From the human T2T-CHM13v2.0 reference genome, Homo sapiens: a stretch of 64,000 nt of DNA. The notes below the pieces were generated by a model. The model worked only from the letters and a program-made list of their open reading frames with translations. It was not told where the DNA came from and ran no database searches. This document shows, piece after piece, positions 1-23,795 of this stretch (the first letter of the stretch is position 1; each line of letters begins with the position of its first letter). Where the stretch lies: the NCBI RefSeq assembly GCF_009914755.1, contig NC_060946.1. One strand, given 5' to 3'. The translations under genes and the position numbers were made by a program.

Positions 1-591
1 AAGTCATTTAGCCAAGTACTTATAAGACTTTAAACAAACAGAAGAGCTGACACAGATATGGGCTCAGCCTTCTGAGGGAGTTAGAGACAAGGGCAGACAG
101 AGTGTCAGGAATGGGCTGGAGTCCTTCTGTAACTCTGAGCGAGCCTTCTTGCCTCCCTGAGCCCCTCTATCTCAAGTGAAAAATGGGCACAGCACAAAGG
201 ATGTCGTGAGGCTTCCATGGGTGACCAGGCTGAAAGGTGCTCCAGAAATATGACTTCCTGTTTATTTCTGACTCTTAGCATGGAGGCCCCTGGGAGGCCA
301 GGCCATGGCAAGCCTCTCCAAGCGGGTAAGAGAGCAGATGAGGAAGAGGACAGCGGGAAGACTGGGAGGGCAGCAAGGTGGCTGTTTGGCAGGCACCACC
401 TTCTGACAACATCATCCCTTCTGCAGGGGGCTCAGATGCTCAGCAGAATCTGGGGCCAGCACTAACAGCTGCACATCAGCTACAGTAACAGAGGGACGGC
501 TGCCACTATGCCAGCTGGCCGCCTGCTGGGCGGATTCTCTCCAGTCCAAGGCAGCAGCACACAGTGGCCTGTACAGTCAAACAGTGTCTAG

Positions 592-991
<400 letters not shown>

Positions 992-1335
992 TAAAAGTGT
1001 ATTTCTTGAGAAGGTGTGCATTTGCTTCTGTGATTTCTATAGCTCAATGATCTCATGAAGTTTGGCCCCAAATTTACATAAGCAGGGCCTACTGGTTGAA
1101 TATTTTCAGAGATTTTTCTCTCCCACTCTATCTAGGGCCAAAACCATGCATGTCATCTATCTCCTCCTTTGGAGGGTTTTGGCTCCCAGCTTCCCTACTG
1201 AGATCCAAGCTTTATTGGAGTGTCTCTAAACAGGCCTCCCATCCTGCTCCAGCTCTGTCTTCCCACCCATACCTGGCCCTGGCGCCTTCCCATGGCGCCT
1301 GGCCCTGCTAATCCTTTTGAAAAGACATATTATCA

Positions 1336-1635
<300 letters not shown>

Positions 1636-1806
1636 TTATCCATTATTTTTAGGTGAGTTGTAATTTAACCCACGGCATTGTCGGGAACAGTAGTCTGGGG
1701 TTTGGATTTCCAGATATGGGTCCTGAAACTCCACGGGTCTTGGGTCTCTGTGACCTTTCTTCAACCTGGAGCTCAGACCCTTTGTCTTTCTGGGAGCTTA
1801 AGTTAC

Positions 1807-1977
1807 CTGCATAGAAGCTTCGCAAATCGGTGTCCAAACAGTTCTCCAGGAAGCGCCTCAGAGGTAGGATGTGCCCGATCGGGGCAGTCCAGTCTGTTAA
1901 GAAGTCTTCCACGATGTGATGGATGGCCGTGGGCCGAGGCAGGGGCCAGTGTGCAGGGCGGAACCTCACCTCCTGTT
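1807..1977 (-). CDS. FOXRED2: FOXRED2 exon 8 (the final coding exon is outside the window)
   Basis: [13 protein letters not shown]...DTDLRSFYA; ccacag| and |gtaact; 171 nt. There is no stop, so the gene continues left of base 1. Confidence 0.95.
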
Positions 1978-2285
1978 CTGTGGGGAGGAGAGAGGGGGCC
2001 ATGTCAGAGCTGTGAGGCTGGGCTTCCCCTCCTCGGGCCGACACAGCACGGATCCCACACAGCCCAAACACTTCCCTCGTTCACTCGTGCTCGGCTTTCC
2101 CGACAGCCTCCTATGCTGGGCTGTGGTCAGACTGTTCAAGAGCCACCTGCAGATATTTGAAAGGCTGCCATGAGGAAGAGGAACTAGGCTTTTCCCTTGT
2201 GGTTTCGGAAGGCAGTGCTGAAGCTAACAACGTGAGGCTGGCGTTTCCCTAAGACTCACATGGACTGAGATCTACTGTGGCTGCT

Positions 2286-3432
<1,147 letters not shown>

Positions 3433-4140
3433 TCTTAGTGCCTCCTTATACTGACCACAGACCTGCACCCGTCACTGCTACCTGCTGACACGACTTCTGC
3501 CTTTGGGAACAACCCCTGTTTAAACCACCCTCTTCTACCTGACTGCCCTTCAAGCTCTGAAGCAGGGGGTGCGTTCCCGAGGTTGTTCACTTATTGGTAG
3601 CTACTCTGTGCCTGCAGTGGGCTGGCATTCTGTGTACACTGTCAGGTTTAACCTCATGGAACCCTACAAGAAAGGTACTGTTGTAATCCCCATTTTACAG
3701 AGGGGAGGTTGAGGCTCAGAGAGGTTAAGTAATGGTCCAAGGTCACACAGTGACAAAATGACAGGCCTAGGGATTTTGCCCAGTTTCTCTGTACTGTGTT
3801 AACCAGCTCCAGTTCCCTCTACTCTTCAGACCCCTCCCGCCCCACCACAGTCAGCCGCCTCTGGAGACCTGCAGCAGGGCCGTGTCCCTCTTACTACACA
3901 GTGCCTGGCGGAGAGCACGACACCCCCCGCATGGCCTGTGCCAGTCACGGTATGTGTCAGAATCTGGAAGCATCGTTCATCATTCTCGGACCTTCTGCCC
4001 AAGTGGTCTCTAGGCAGAGTCCCGCAGCCATCCCACCTGTCAGCTGAGCATGTGTGTGAAGGTTTCAGGGTGGGTGACAACCTTGCAGACGGTGAGGTCT
4101 GAGGAGCCCACAGGTTGGGGAAGGGCAGAGACCTGCTCAC

Positions 4141-4382
4141 CGGTGGGGAGGTATCTATAGTAGTAGATGACAGGATGAAGAAAGTTAGACTGCCAGGCAT
4201 CTTCTGTGTGCCCCACAGACCGGTCATCAAAGAAGACGTCCTTGTCGGGGCCAGAGAAATTTCTGCCATATTCCATGTTGATGACGAAGAGCCCGTGCTT
4301 TGCCTTCCTCCCTGTGAGTGTCTCCAGCTGGGCCAGCATCTGTATGGGGAACTCCTCCAGGTACTCAAAGGCCGTGGAATTC
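4141..4382 (-). CDS. FOXRED2: FOXRED2 exon 7
   Basis: [12 protein letters not shown]...[12 protein letters not shown]; tcccag| and |gtgagc; 242 nt. Confidence 0.95.
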
Positions 4383-5073
4383 CTGGGAGAACAGCAACGC
4401 GGGGGAGGCCCTCAGTGCTGTGGCAGAGGTGAGGGGTGCAGCCCGGGGGTGAGCATGTGTGTGTGCGTGTGTATCTCCCCCTCTAAGGAGCGTCAATCAA
4501 GCAGCACACCCCTCACTTAACATTACTTTTTCAGCTCAGCTCTCACGCACATGTGGGGTAGAGACCAGAAAATTCCATGTAACCTGAATGGGATATCTGG
4601 GGAAAGAGTGTCCCAGGCAGAGAGAACAGTCAGGAAAAAGCCCTGAGGAGTATGTGAGCACTTTGTGTTCAAGGAACAGAAGAGGCCGACGTGGCTGAGG
4701 GGAGTGAACAGCAGGCAGAGGGCAGGAGAGGGGGCCGGAGGCCTTGAGAGGTCAAGGAGGGCTGCGCCTCCCATGACGAGACGTGAGGAGTCGTCTGGCC
4801 CGAGAGGTGACACTGCTGGTTGCTTGGGAGGACTGAGCAGAGCTGGGATCAGCATGCCTCAGGTTTCTAAGGACCACTCTGGTTACTGTGCTGAGAACAG
4901 ACGCCAGGCCAAGTGGGGCGGCTGTTGTATGGGTGCAGGTGATACAGCCTGGTGATCGGGACCGAGGTGGTGGTGGTAGAGCAGGTGAGAGCTGGTTGGG
5001 CTCCAGACATCATCTGAAGGCAGAGGTGACAAGACTTGCCCATGGTTTGCATGTGGGGTGTTGAGACAGGGGT

Positions 5074-5606
<533 letters not shown>

Positions 5607-6164
5607 CTATAGCACGCCCTGCCTTTGGATCGGGCTGTTCCCTCTGACTGAAGGTTGCTCCCTTGCTTCTCCCTGCCACCTGTCTCCCCCCGCCCCTCAC
5701 CCCTCTGTGCTCTGCACCGTTTCCTTCTCAGGAACTGTCCATCCTCTGGGATCTGCTGCTTATCACTAAATTGACTCTGACGATGGTGGCCGGCAAGGCC
5801 CTGGCCTGAGGGAGCTCTGAGATCCACGTGGCTGCCTCTGACTACTGCTCATCCACGTGATGCCAAACACTTTCCACAAGTGACCTTTACTCCTTCCTTT
5901 ACTGCTGCAAGGTAGGCACAATTATCCCCATTTTGCAGATGAGGAAGAAGGGCTCAGAGAGGCTCACTAATGTGCCCGTGGCCACTCACAGGACTGTCTG
6001 TAGAGTTAATGTCATTGTTTTTCCCCAGAACAGGCATGTTCCCCACAGCAGCCTTCATCTTAGGAAAGAACTGGGCACCTCACACCTGGAATAGGAAGAG
6101 AAGCGCTATGCAGCACGTCGGGAAAGCTGGGCCGAGGGGAGTAGGGTGGGGACGGGCTACTCAC

Positions 6165-6330
6165 TCCTTCAACAGGATGACATCGGCCAGCACACCGAAC
6201 ATCTGGTAGAGCCCAGAAGCCTCATTCACGCGCCGCACGATGGAGCTGGTCAGCTGTGTGATGGGGAGCTCAGTGGCGGGCCAGGTGACGCTGTGGTGGC
6301 GGTGCTCCAGGAGCCGGTGAACAGCACGCA
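6165..6330 (-). CDS. FOXRED2: FOXRED2 exon 6
   Basis: [12 protein letters not shown]...LADVILLK; ttccag| and |gtgagt; 166 nt. Confidence 0.95.
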
Positions 6331-6506
6331 CTGGAACAGCCAGAGGGAGGAACGGCACGCTGCACTTACCATTTTATCTCTGGTCACTGGGAGGGATGCC
6401 CAGGCCTCATTGACCCCTGAGAACGCCATACACACTGGTCTCCATGGCCCAGCGCAAACGCCTAGGTGGTGAACACATGAGGGGAGGAGATGGCAGCTGC
6501 CTTTAG

Positions 6507-6660
6507 AGCAGGGCCAGCAGGTATTTTCTGGAAAGGGCCAGACAATCCATATTCTCTGCTTTGTGGGTCATACACGACTCAGTGATGCTGCTCAATTCTG
6601 CCCCTAGTGTAAAAGCGGCCAAGACAACAGGCAAAGGAGTGAGCACAGCTGGAGTTGGTC
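6507..6660. mobile_element. MER58A-like hAT-Charlie fossil
   Basis: Resembles the MER58 consensus (aaagggccagac...tttgtgggtcatac...ctcaattctgcc). Confidence 0.55.
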
Positions 6661-6871
6661 TCCAGGCCAGAGTCCATCTGCCCCTGCTTCAGGCCATCTG
6701 CACGTGGGAGTCCCACCGGCCCCACCTCACACAAGGAACGTCAAGTCCAACACGGAGCCTTCCCCAGAAACCTCCCCCCCTTCACAGCTCTGTTTCCATC
6801 AGAGACGCGCCTACAGAAATCTTTGATTTCGCCCTCTCTTTCACAGCCTAAATCCATCTGTCTCTAAGTTC

Positions 6872-11783
<4,912 letters not shown>

Positions 11784-12271
11784 CTCCAAGCATATTCTTA
11801 TGTTAATCCTCGCAATAACCATATGAGAAACAAACTTTGAATCCCATTTTAGACATGAGAATACTGGGCCACAGCGTGGTTAAATAACTTCCGCCGAGGT
11901 CACAGATTTGGCAAGCAGAGAATCTCAGGACAATTCCGGCACCTGTGCTCTCAGCCACTACGCTATATTGCCTTCGAGCAAATTCCCCTCTGTATTCTCT
12001 CTGAGCCGGCCTTTCCAACTCACAGGTGGAGGCTCCCAATGCTGATGAAGATCTGCTGGTGTTGCTCCAGGACCAAGGGCCTCAGGGCCACCTGGGACCC
12101 TCAATGGTCAGAGCTCATGTCCTGGAGGGAAATCAGGCAGCACTCACATCCATTCTTTGGGTGCTGTCCTGAGAGCTCTGTCGCCAGCCTACTGAACAGC
12201 CACCCTGTTCCCCTAGGGAGGGGTCAGGAGGGTTTGCTAGGAGAGCCCACCTCCTTCCGCATGGAACTCAC

Positions 12272-12541
12272 TTATTGAAAATGGAGAAGTCAAAGTTCCA
12301 GCCCAGGCAGCGGATTACCCGGTCATAGGGCACGCGCATGGCAAAGTTGTCATTGTCGTCCTGGGGGAGGGTGATGGAGTCGGCACTCTGGTTGGTGTTG
12401 GCTTCTTCCAGGAAGAATTTCGGGGTGACATGGAACTTGCCTTTGCTGTCCTTCAGGATGGCCAGATCCGTCAGGTCAGACTCGAGCAGCCCGTCCAGGG
12501 ACTTGAGCTGGTAGGTATCCAGCAGGCCATTGTTGATGGCT
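12272..12541 (-). CDS. FOXRED2: FOXRED2 exon 4
   Basis: [17 protein letters not shown]...[10 protein letters not shown]; ctcag| and |gtgagt; 270 nt. Confidence 0.95.
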
Positions 12542-12688
12542 CTGAGCCCACAGAGAATGCAGGGGAGAGAGACTCAGAGGAAAGCTGGGCAGTGCAGCTG
12601 GGGTCAGGAAGGGCAGGGGAGGGTTGGGGAGGCTCTTTCCACACTCTGGGCTCCCAGCACAGAACACACATGCGGGGATGTGGCCTAC

Positions 12689-12940
12689 CTGAGGTCTCCA
12701 ACGTAGTGGGTGGCCCAGGACAGACGGACCCGGGAGCGGCTGAGCATATGGATAAAGTTTGTGACACCCAAGATGTTCTCTGCTGTCTCAAAGGCCGAGT
12801 TCCCACGACCCAGGATCAGCACATTCTGGCCTACAAAGTCCTCAGGGTCCACGGACACGGACTCGTAACCCTCTGCATATTCGGAGCCAGGGAAGTCAAC
12901 CTGGTTGGGGACTGATAAACCAGTGGCTACAAAGAGGACG
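12689..12940 (-). CDS. FOXRED2: FOXRED2 exon 3 (NAD(P)H-binding GRGNSA motif)
   Basis: [18 protein letters not shown]...[13 protein letters not shown]...YVGDL; cctgcag| and |gtaggc; 252 nt, phase consistent. Confidence 0.97.
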
Positions 12941-13660
12941 CTGCAGGCGGGGACAGAGGAAAGATGGCTTAGTCTCTTAGCTATAAGACCACTAAGTGAA
13001 AACCACTCCCTGGACCCACCCACCCACCTGCCTGGCTCCAACCGCCGGCCCCTAAAAGAAAATAGGACATTCATTCATTCATTTTTCATTCATTCATCTG
13101 TTTACGCCCTCATCCCAGTGCACTTGAGAGGCTCTGCCCTTGCCTCTCCCTGAGCTCACAGTATTTTCCCTAGCACTGTACTGGGGGTTAAATTTGCCCT
13201 GTGAGAGAGGAGAAGATGACAGTATGAGAAATGGAGAATTCACCTAACTTTGCACATAGCAGTCAGACCAGGTATGACTGCTGGTGATGAAATGAAACCT
13301 GACATTCTACTTTCCCCTTTCTGAGTCCTCTGACAGATACATCTATCCACTGAGCAGTAATTCTGTACCAGGCCCTGTACTAAGTGTATCTGTGCACCAT
13401 CTTTCTGACTCCTCCAAGCAACCTGGAGGTGGTATGTGGCCTGCTTTACAGGTGAGGAGGCACAGGCCCTGCAGGCCCATGGCTTGAGAGCTCCTAAAAG
13501 CAGCAGAGCCAGAGTCTAAACACAGATAGGCTTGATTCCAAAGTCCTGCTCCTTCCATTGGTGAGGATCGCCATCCAGGGGAGGGCAGCTGGGGACTTGG
13601 ATCCTGCCGGCTTGCAGAAGAATGCTTTGATCACAGAGTGGTTTCAAAAATAGAATTGAA

Positions 13661-14003
<343 letters not shown>

Positions 14004-14069
14004 TCAAGGTGTGTGGTTCGTGTGGGGAAGGTCCCAGCTTCCGCAGGTGAGCTCTGGCACCGGCCTTAC

Positions 14070-14596
14070 CTGCACTGATGCACCTGGCCCTTCTGGTCAG
14101 TTAGGATGAAGTAGTGGCCATTCCAGGCCTGTCGGTCCTTGTCCAGAGTGACGTGGGCGATGGTGGTGTTGTACTGGACACGGAGCCCCAGCGTGTCCGC
14201 GAAGTCACCCAGGTAGCGCACCATGTCGCGGGCGTCGGGGAAGTAGGCACGCGAGTAGTGTCTGAAGAGCAGCCGGGGGTCGTGGCTGAGCAGAGAGTTC
14301 CAGTCGTGGCGGAGGTTGAACTCGGCGTTAGCCTTGCCCGTGTACCGCTTGTTGATGCTGATGAGCTTGCGGTGCCGCGGGTAGCGTGTGAAGAAGCTGC
14401 CGGGCCGCGGGGCCCGCTCGAACACTGCGTAGTCGCGTCCAGCGCGCTGCAGGAAGTAGGCCATCTGCAGGCCCGCGGGCCCAGCGCCCAGCACGCAGTA
14501 GTCCCGGCGCGGGGGCACCGACAGCGCTGGGTGCAGGGCGATGGCCAGGAGCAGCCCCGGGGGACCCCACAACGGGGCCGCAGCGGAGAGGCCCAT
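14070..14596 (-). CDS. FOXRED2: FOXRED2 exon 2 (first coding exon): signal peptide and FAD-binding GxGxxG
   Basis: Translates [26 protein letters not shown]...VLGAGPAG...VHQC. Acceptor ctgcag|G ATG, donor AG|gtaagg; 527 nt. Confidence 0.97.
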
Positions 14597-15450
14597 CCTG
14601 CAGCAGATCAGAGGGGTAAGGCCTCGCACCCGGCCCGGCGGCTGGGAGACACGAGGCCCAGAAAGAGGCGGGGCCTGCGGGAACTCTCACTGCAATCTGG
14701 GTCACGGCCAGGCCCAGAAGCCGTCCTCAGAGCTCATTTGCCCGGACTCCACCGTTTCAAGCTGGGACTTGGGGCTCCCCGGAATCCCGAGCCCCTCCAT
14801 CTTATCTCCCTCAGGGTCTCCTTCCTCAGGGGCACCGGCTCCCCGCTTATGATTGTAGTAACCTCCACCCTGGGGAAGGAGAGCGTACTCCCCAATTTTC
14901 CCCTAATTTGAGGGTGCCCAACACCCCTTTGAACCACCCTCCAGGTTGGACCTTCCAGAGGCCTTGGCCCCTCTCCAGCGACCGGGTGGGAGCCTGAAGT
15001 GGGTGTGGCCTGCGTGCGCCCCGCCCCCTGCCAGGGTCCGCGCGCCCCAGGCTCTTCGGCCACGTGACAGGGATGCCGCGCACACCTGCCGCCCGCCCGC
15101 GTGCGCTTCAGGAGCCGCCAGGTCCCTACGCCCGCAGCTCCGGCCTCCCCGCCTCCGACCGAACCCTGAGAAACGCGCGAACCTCCCAGCCGCTCCGGCT
15201 GCAACCCGTGGTCTAATGAGGCCGCGCTTGGCTCGCTTGCTCCGCGGCGGCTCCGCCCCTCGCGCCCGGACCAATGGCAGGGGGCGGGGTCACGTGCGCG
15301 GCGCGCGGCACGCCGGGACCAGCTGGCAGGCTGCCTGCTCCGGCCCAGCGCGGGAGAGGCGCGCGCGTGCTGCGTTCGCTGCTCCGGGGGCTGGTAGAGG
15401 GGCCTGGGGCTAGCGCGCACCCGCGAGGGTGGAAGGTCTGGAGATCCGGG
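14100..15450. promoter_or_regulatory. FOXRED2: FOXRED2 CpG island/promoter: CCAAT (15271), GC box GGGGCGGGG (15281), GTCACGTG E-boxes (15289 on +, 15061 on -)
   Basis: Dense CpG against a CpG-depleted background; motifs read directly from the sequence. Confidence 0.85.
15130..15260 (-). other. FOXRED2: FOXRED2 non-coding exon 1 (TSS approximate)
   Basis: GC-rich segment just downstream of the CCAAT/GC boxes, ending at a candidate donor GGC|gtaggg (15129). An alternative donor CAG|gtgtgc lies at 15085. Confidence 0.6.
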
Positions 15451-16081
15451 ATGGGGAACTGGGTCCTTCGTTTTAAAAGGTGCCTCTCTACACGGAGGGA
15501 GGGGAGCACGTGATTTTTGGAGCTAATCCTAGCTCTCATATTCCATGAATGTAGCCAAACGCTAAAACTAGTTGGCCTACCCAGTTTTGTGGGACTGGAA
15601 ACCAGCGTGGTGGAGCCAGGACCGATAAGCCAATTAACAAGCGTTTGCTACAGTGACTCAGTGTACTGCTTACCAAGTAACATACACGACTGTCCTAATC
15701 TTCCACCAAATAGGAGAGGTGGGCAAGGCATTGTTTCCGACATTTGGTAGCTGACTGGTCAAATGGAGACATAGGGATGAAGGGATATGTTTACAATCAC
15801 AGGAAGTGGAGCCTGGAATTAAAACTCAGTGGAGGCAAGATAAATGGCAGGAGGAAGATAACGTGAACTGGATGATGAAGGTTGGCTTCCCAGGGGTGGC
15901 AAGTGGCCCCTGCATGAGATTTACATGGGGAGAAATACGAAGTCAGTGTAGGAACCTTCAAAGTCCAGTGAAATGGGGCTGAGTGTTCTTGGGGGAAGGG
16001 CAGGTGGAAAGAACTGCGAGCCTGCAGATTTGCATGGCTGGAGATTCTTTGAATTAAAAATCGTAGCTGGGGACTCCTTAG

Positions 16082-18633
<2,552 letters not shown>

Positions 18634-19050
18634 TTATGACACAATGCTTTGTAGGGACAGGCCTGAGTGTCACCAGCCCAAGCCAAGCTTAAAAACAATT
18701 CATAAACCATTACACAATCACCCAGTGGGACATCCATCAAGCTCTCTGTGGCAGCCTCCCTCAGGCGCAGCAGCCCCACCTCACCCACACCCTGCTTCAC
18801 GCTGTACTAGTGCTCTGCACTCCAGCTCCTCACAGTGAACTCTCCAAAAGCAACAGGTGGCCCTTCACACAGCCAGCAGGCACTCATGCTTGTGGAAATG
18901 GACTTCTTATAACAAATGAGGACACCCAGATTCTGAATTCCACATAGAAATTGCTGAATCTCATCCCCACTCTGTCAGGAATCTTTGAAGAAACGACTGT
19001 AAATCGTTAATGCAGGCAGACGATGAGGGAAAGACTAAACAGATATATAT

Positions 19051-19056
19051 TTTATT
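19051..19056 (-). terminator. EIF3D: EIF3D polyadenylation signal AATAAA (3' UTR about 130 nt)
   Basis: TTTATT on + about 105 nt past the stop, followed on minus by U/GU-rich sequence. Confidence 0.85.
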
Positions 19057-19160
19057 TCATCTGCTAAATGTCAGAGAGCAAGTTAGACACACATTCCACT
19101 AAGCATCAAAGGCCCTCGTAGTCTCGGTGGAAGGACAAACTCCAGCTCCACATCACTGGT

Positions 19161-19174
19161 TTAAGTTTCTTCCT
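19161..19174 (-). CDS. EIF3D: EIF3D exon 15, coding part (EEET*)
   Basis: tttcag|AG GAA GAA ACT TAA. The 14 coding exons total 1647 nt = 548 aa + stop. Confidence 0.93.
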
Positions 19175-19676
19175 CTGAAAGACACAAAAAATGTAAGAGA
19201 AATGAGCCAGGTTGTGTGATATGATGTTCACTTTCCTTTCTGAACCTCTGCTGGACTGTGCGTGAGTTTTCAACACTTCCATTCCGAAGTTAAGCCTTTC
19301 AGATGCTCACAGGGCTGGGCAGGTATTTCCTTCAGTCACCAGCTGGTGGAGCAGGAGAGACAACTTTCAGGCTATTTAACCCGGAGCGGAGCTTTTCCCT
19401 CTAGACCACCGGCTTCAATCTGGGACTTCCCTCATCTTCCTCTACCTCTGCCACAGTCCAGCCGCTTCTCTAAAACACCGCTATCCTCCCCAACCACTTG
19501 ATGTGATCTAAAGGCTCTAGAAGAAGCTCTTGGAGCCAAAGTGAATGCTTCTTCATACTTAAGTCTCAGGGAATTCTCGAAGTTTTATCAAGGTTAAAGA
19601 TCACAATGGCTACAGAGCTTGCTCCCGTGCTAGCCCACAGATCACTCTAGACCTCAGAAAGTGGGCTGCTACACAC

Positions 19677-19960
19677 CTTCTTCTTCCTCTTCTTCCTCCT
19701 CCTCTTCCTCCTCATCTTCATCAGAGCTGAAGGTGCCATCAGGGAGGCTGTAGACACGGATGACCTGCTTGTTGGGGTCCTTGAGGATGAGGTATTTGCC
19801 CTCCTCCAGCTTCATGCAGATGTCAATGACGCAGCGTAAAATGCCCCAGGCATTCTCCACGCTCAGGTTGATCTGGCTGGCAAACTCATTAGGCTTGAAC
19901 TGCTGGGTGCCTAGGATGACGTGGCGTGAGGAGTCTTTCACGTGGTACCGAGACACATAA
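19677..19960 (-). CDS. EIF3D: EIF3D exon 14 (includes S528/S529 and the acidic tail)
   Basis: [13 protein letters not shown]...[11 protein letters not shown]12; tgttag| and |gtgtgt; 284 nt. Confidence 0.96.
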
Positions 19961-20062
19961 CTAACAGGGGAAGGGATATCAGTGGTCAGAGCAGGGCAGC
20001 ACAGAGACAGCAACACTTGGGATCAAATGTCAATTAAATGGTGATACCTGGTCCACTGCTAT

Positions 20063-20362
20063 TTTTTCTTTTTTTTTTTTTTGAGACGGAGTCTGGCTCT
20101 GTTGCCCAGGCTGGAGTGCAGTGGCGCCATCTTGGCTCACTGCAAGCTCCGCCTCCCGGGTTCACACCATTCTCCTGCCTCAGCCCCCTGAGTAGCTGGG
20201 GCTACAGGCGCCCGCCACTACGCCCGGCTAATTTTTTGTATTTTTAGTTGAGACAGGGTTTCATCGTGTTAGCCAGGATGGTCTTGATCTCCTGACCTCG
20301 TGATCTGCCAGCCTGGGCCTCCCAAAGTGCTAGGATTACAGGCATGAGCCACCGCGCCCGGC
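20063..20362 (-). mobile_element. AluY-like with TSD GTCCACTGCTATTTT
   Basis: Y diagnostics and a perfect flanking repeat. Confidence 0.9.
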
Positions 20363-20633
20363 AGTCCACTGCTATTTTCAAGGGAAAGGGAAAACATCGT
20401 CTTCTGAGTTCTCAGTTCTGGATTTCATTGACACCATTGCCCTAGTTCAGGACTCCATTCAGCATGCCTGCTGTTTGGCATTTGTCTCCTAACTGACCCC
20501 TCCATCTCTACCCCACCCCTGGATTTATCTCTGCCAGTCAATTGTCCAGTACACGGGGAGGGGAGGGTCAACCTCCCTACCCAGACCCTTCCTTTCACAA
20601 GATCAGCTGCCAGCTCCTGCACAGGAATCTCAC

Positions 20634-20776
20634 CCAAGCTTGAGGTACTCAGATCCAGCCAGCAAAGCACAGCAGGTCCACCGGGCCAACTTGTAGCTGT
20701 TGTTCTTCAGCTCCGTGGCAATGACAGCCCCTCGCTGAGAGTCCAGCTTCTGACGCCAGTCAACGCCATTACAGTG
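20634..20776 (-). CDS. EIF3D: EIF3D exon 13
   Basis: [16 protein letters not shown]...GSEYLKL; 143 nt. Confidence 0.95.
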
Positions 20777-21022
20777 CTGCAGGAGAGCCCCGTTAGAGAA
20801 ACAGAAGCAAGCTCCAAATGCCCAAGGTGCTGGGACCTCCTCTGGCAGAGAAGGAACTCCCTAGTCTGCTTGCTTAGAAAGTGGGTAGGTACGCACTAAA
20901 TCTTACCATTTAAGAGACAAAGACATAGTCCCTTCCCTTGCACAGCCTGCCGCACAGCAGTCACTCAACGACTTACAATTCCTCTCTTCTAAAAGCTCGC
21001 CTAGACAGGGAATGATGGATGG

Positions 21023-21050
21023 ACACACACGGACACACACACACACACAC
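21023..21050. repeat. (CA)n microsatellite, interrupted
   Basis: acacacacggacacacacacacacacac. Confidence 0.85.
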
Positions 21051-21468
21051 TTTAGAAGTGTCATATAAACAGCAGAGCCAAGTGTTTACTATGTGTTGCG
21101 TGGTAAGGAAGGGCTTCACAGAGGACGTGTAACAGTGAGCCAAGTGGAGAATATTGGCTCAAGTGCAGGTGTAGCCAGGAGGTCTTGATCTGAGAGGCAT
21201 GGTGGGATAGGAAAGACAGGCAGAGTTGGCCTTAGATGGGGGTGGAAGCCTGCAGTGGGTGCAAAGCTGAGTCTGACATTTTACATAAATGCACACACAG
21301 TAGAAAAGGACCCCAGAGAGATCCTCTTTTCTACCCATATCATTTGTAGACGTGGGAAGTTGGACCCAGAGTGAAATGACTGGTCAAAGGTCACATGACA
21401 GAGGTTCCCAAACTTTCTTGGTTCATGGCAAACACAGGGCAAAAGAAATACTCAAGAATTTCTTTTAA

Positions 21469-21788
<320 letters not shown>

Positions 21789-22449
21789 TAGTTAGGGTCA
21801 AACCATGTATTAGTATTCTGACAAGATGTCTCTGTGTTTCCCTAAAAAATTTAAAATATCCTGCAGCACTCCTGTGAGTTTGCTGTGGCACATTTTTTGG
21901 AGATGGGGTCTCACTATGTTGCCCAAGCTGGTGAGTTCAGGATTTGAACTCATGAACCCAAGCGATTCTCCCACCTCAGGCTCCTGAGTAGCTAGGACTA
22001 TAGGTGCATACTACTGCATACAGCTTGCTGGGGCATGTTAGAATTCTTCTCCCAATCTGCACTGCTGATGAAGCGTGTATTGGACAATTGACTGGCGGAG
22101 ATAAATCAAATATAGAAGTTGGGTGGAGGTAGAGAAATCAGTTAGGAGACAAATGTCAAACAGGCATGATGAAATGGGGCCCTGAACTAGGGCAATTATC
22201 AGTGAAATCCAGGACAGATTCAGAAGACAGCAAAGCCTTCTATTTTGCTAACAGCAAAACAGAATAATGTAAAAAAGAAGTTGGAGATGTTGGAGGCTCA
22301 GAGCTTAGGTGGAAGAAAGACAATGCTGATGGACAGCTGGCCCAGAGGCAATGACGGGACTGGGGACACATGGAAGGGGAAGGTGTTTTAGCAGAAAAAC
22401 AATGGGAAGTATAATAAATCAGAGTAGATTTGAGAAATCATTTTCAAAG

Positions 22450-23795
<1,346 letters not shown>

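Noticed and set aside
15271-15296. ER-stress element in the FOXRED2 promoter
   Set aside because: The CCAAT-to-CACG spacing is 15 nt and the motif is not CCACG; it fits neither ERSE nor ERSE-II.
14114-15539. Long overlapping ORFs (265, 228, 155 aa) across the FOXRED2 5' end
   Set aside because: They are antisense or alternative frames of a GC-rich CpG island and exon, where stops are rare; there is no recognisable protein.
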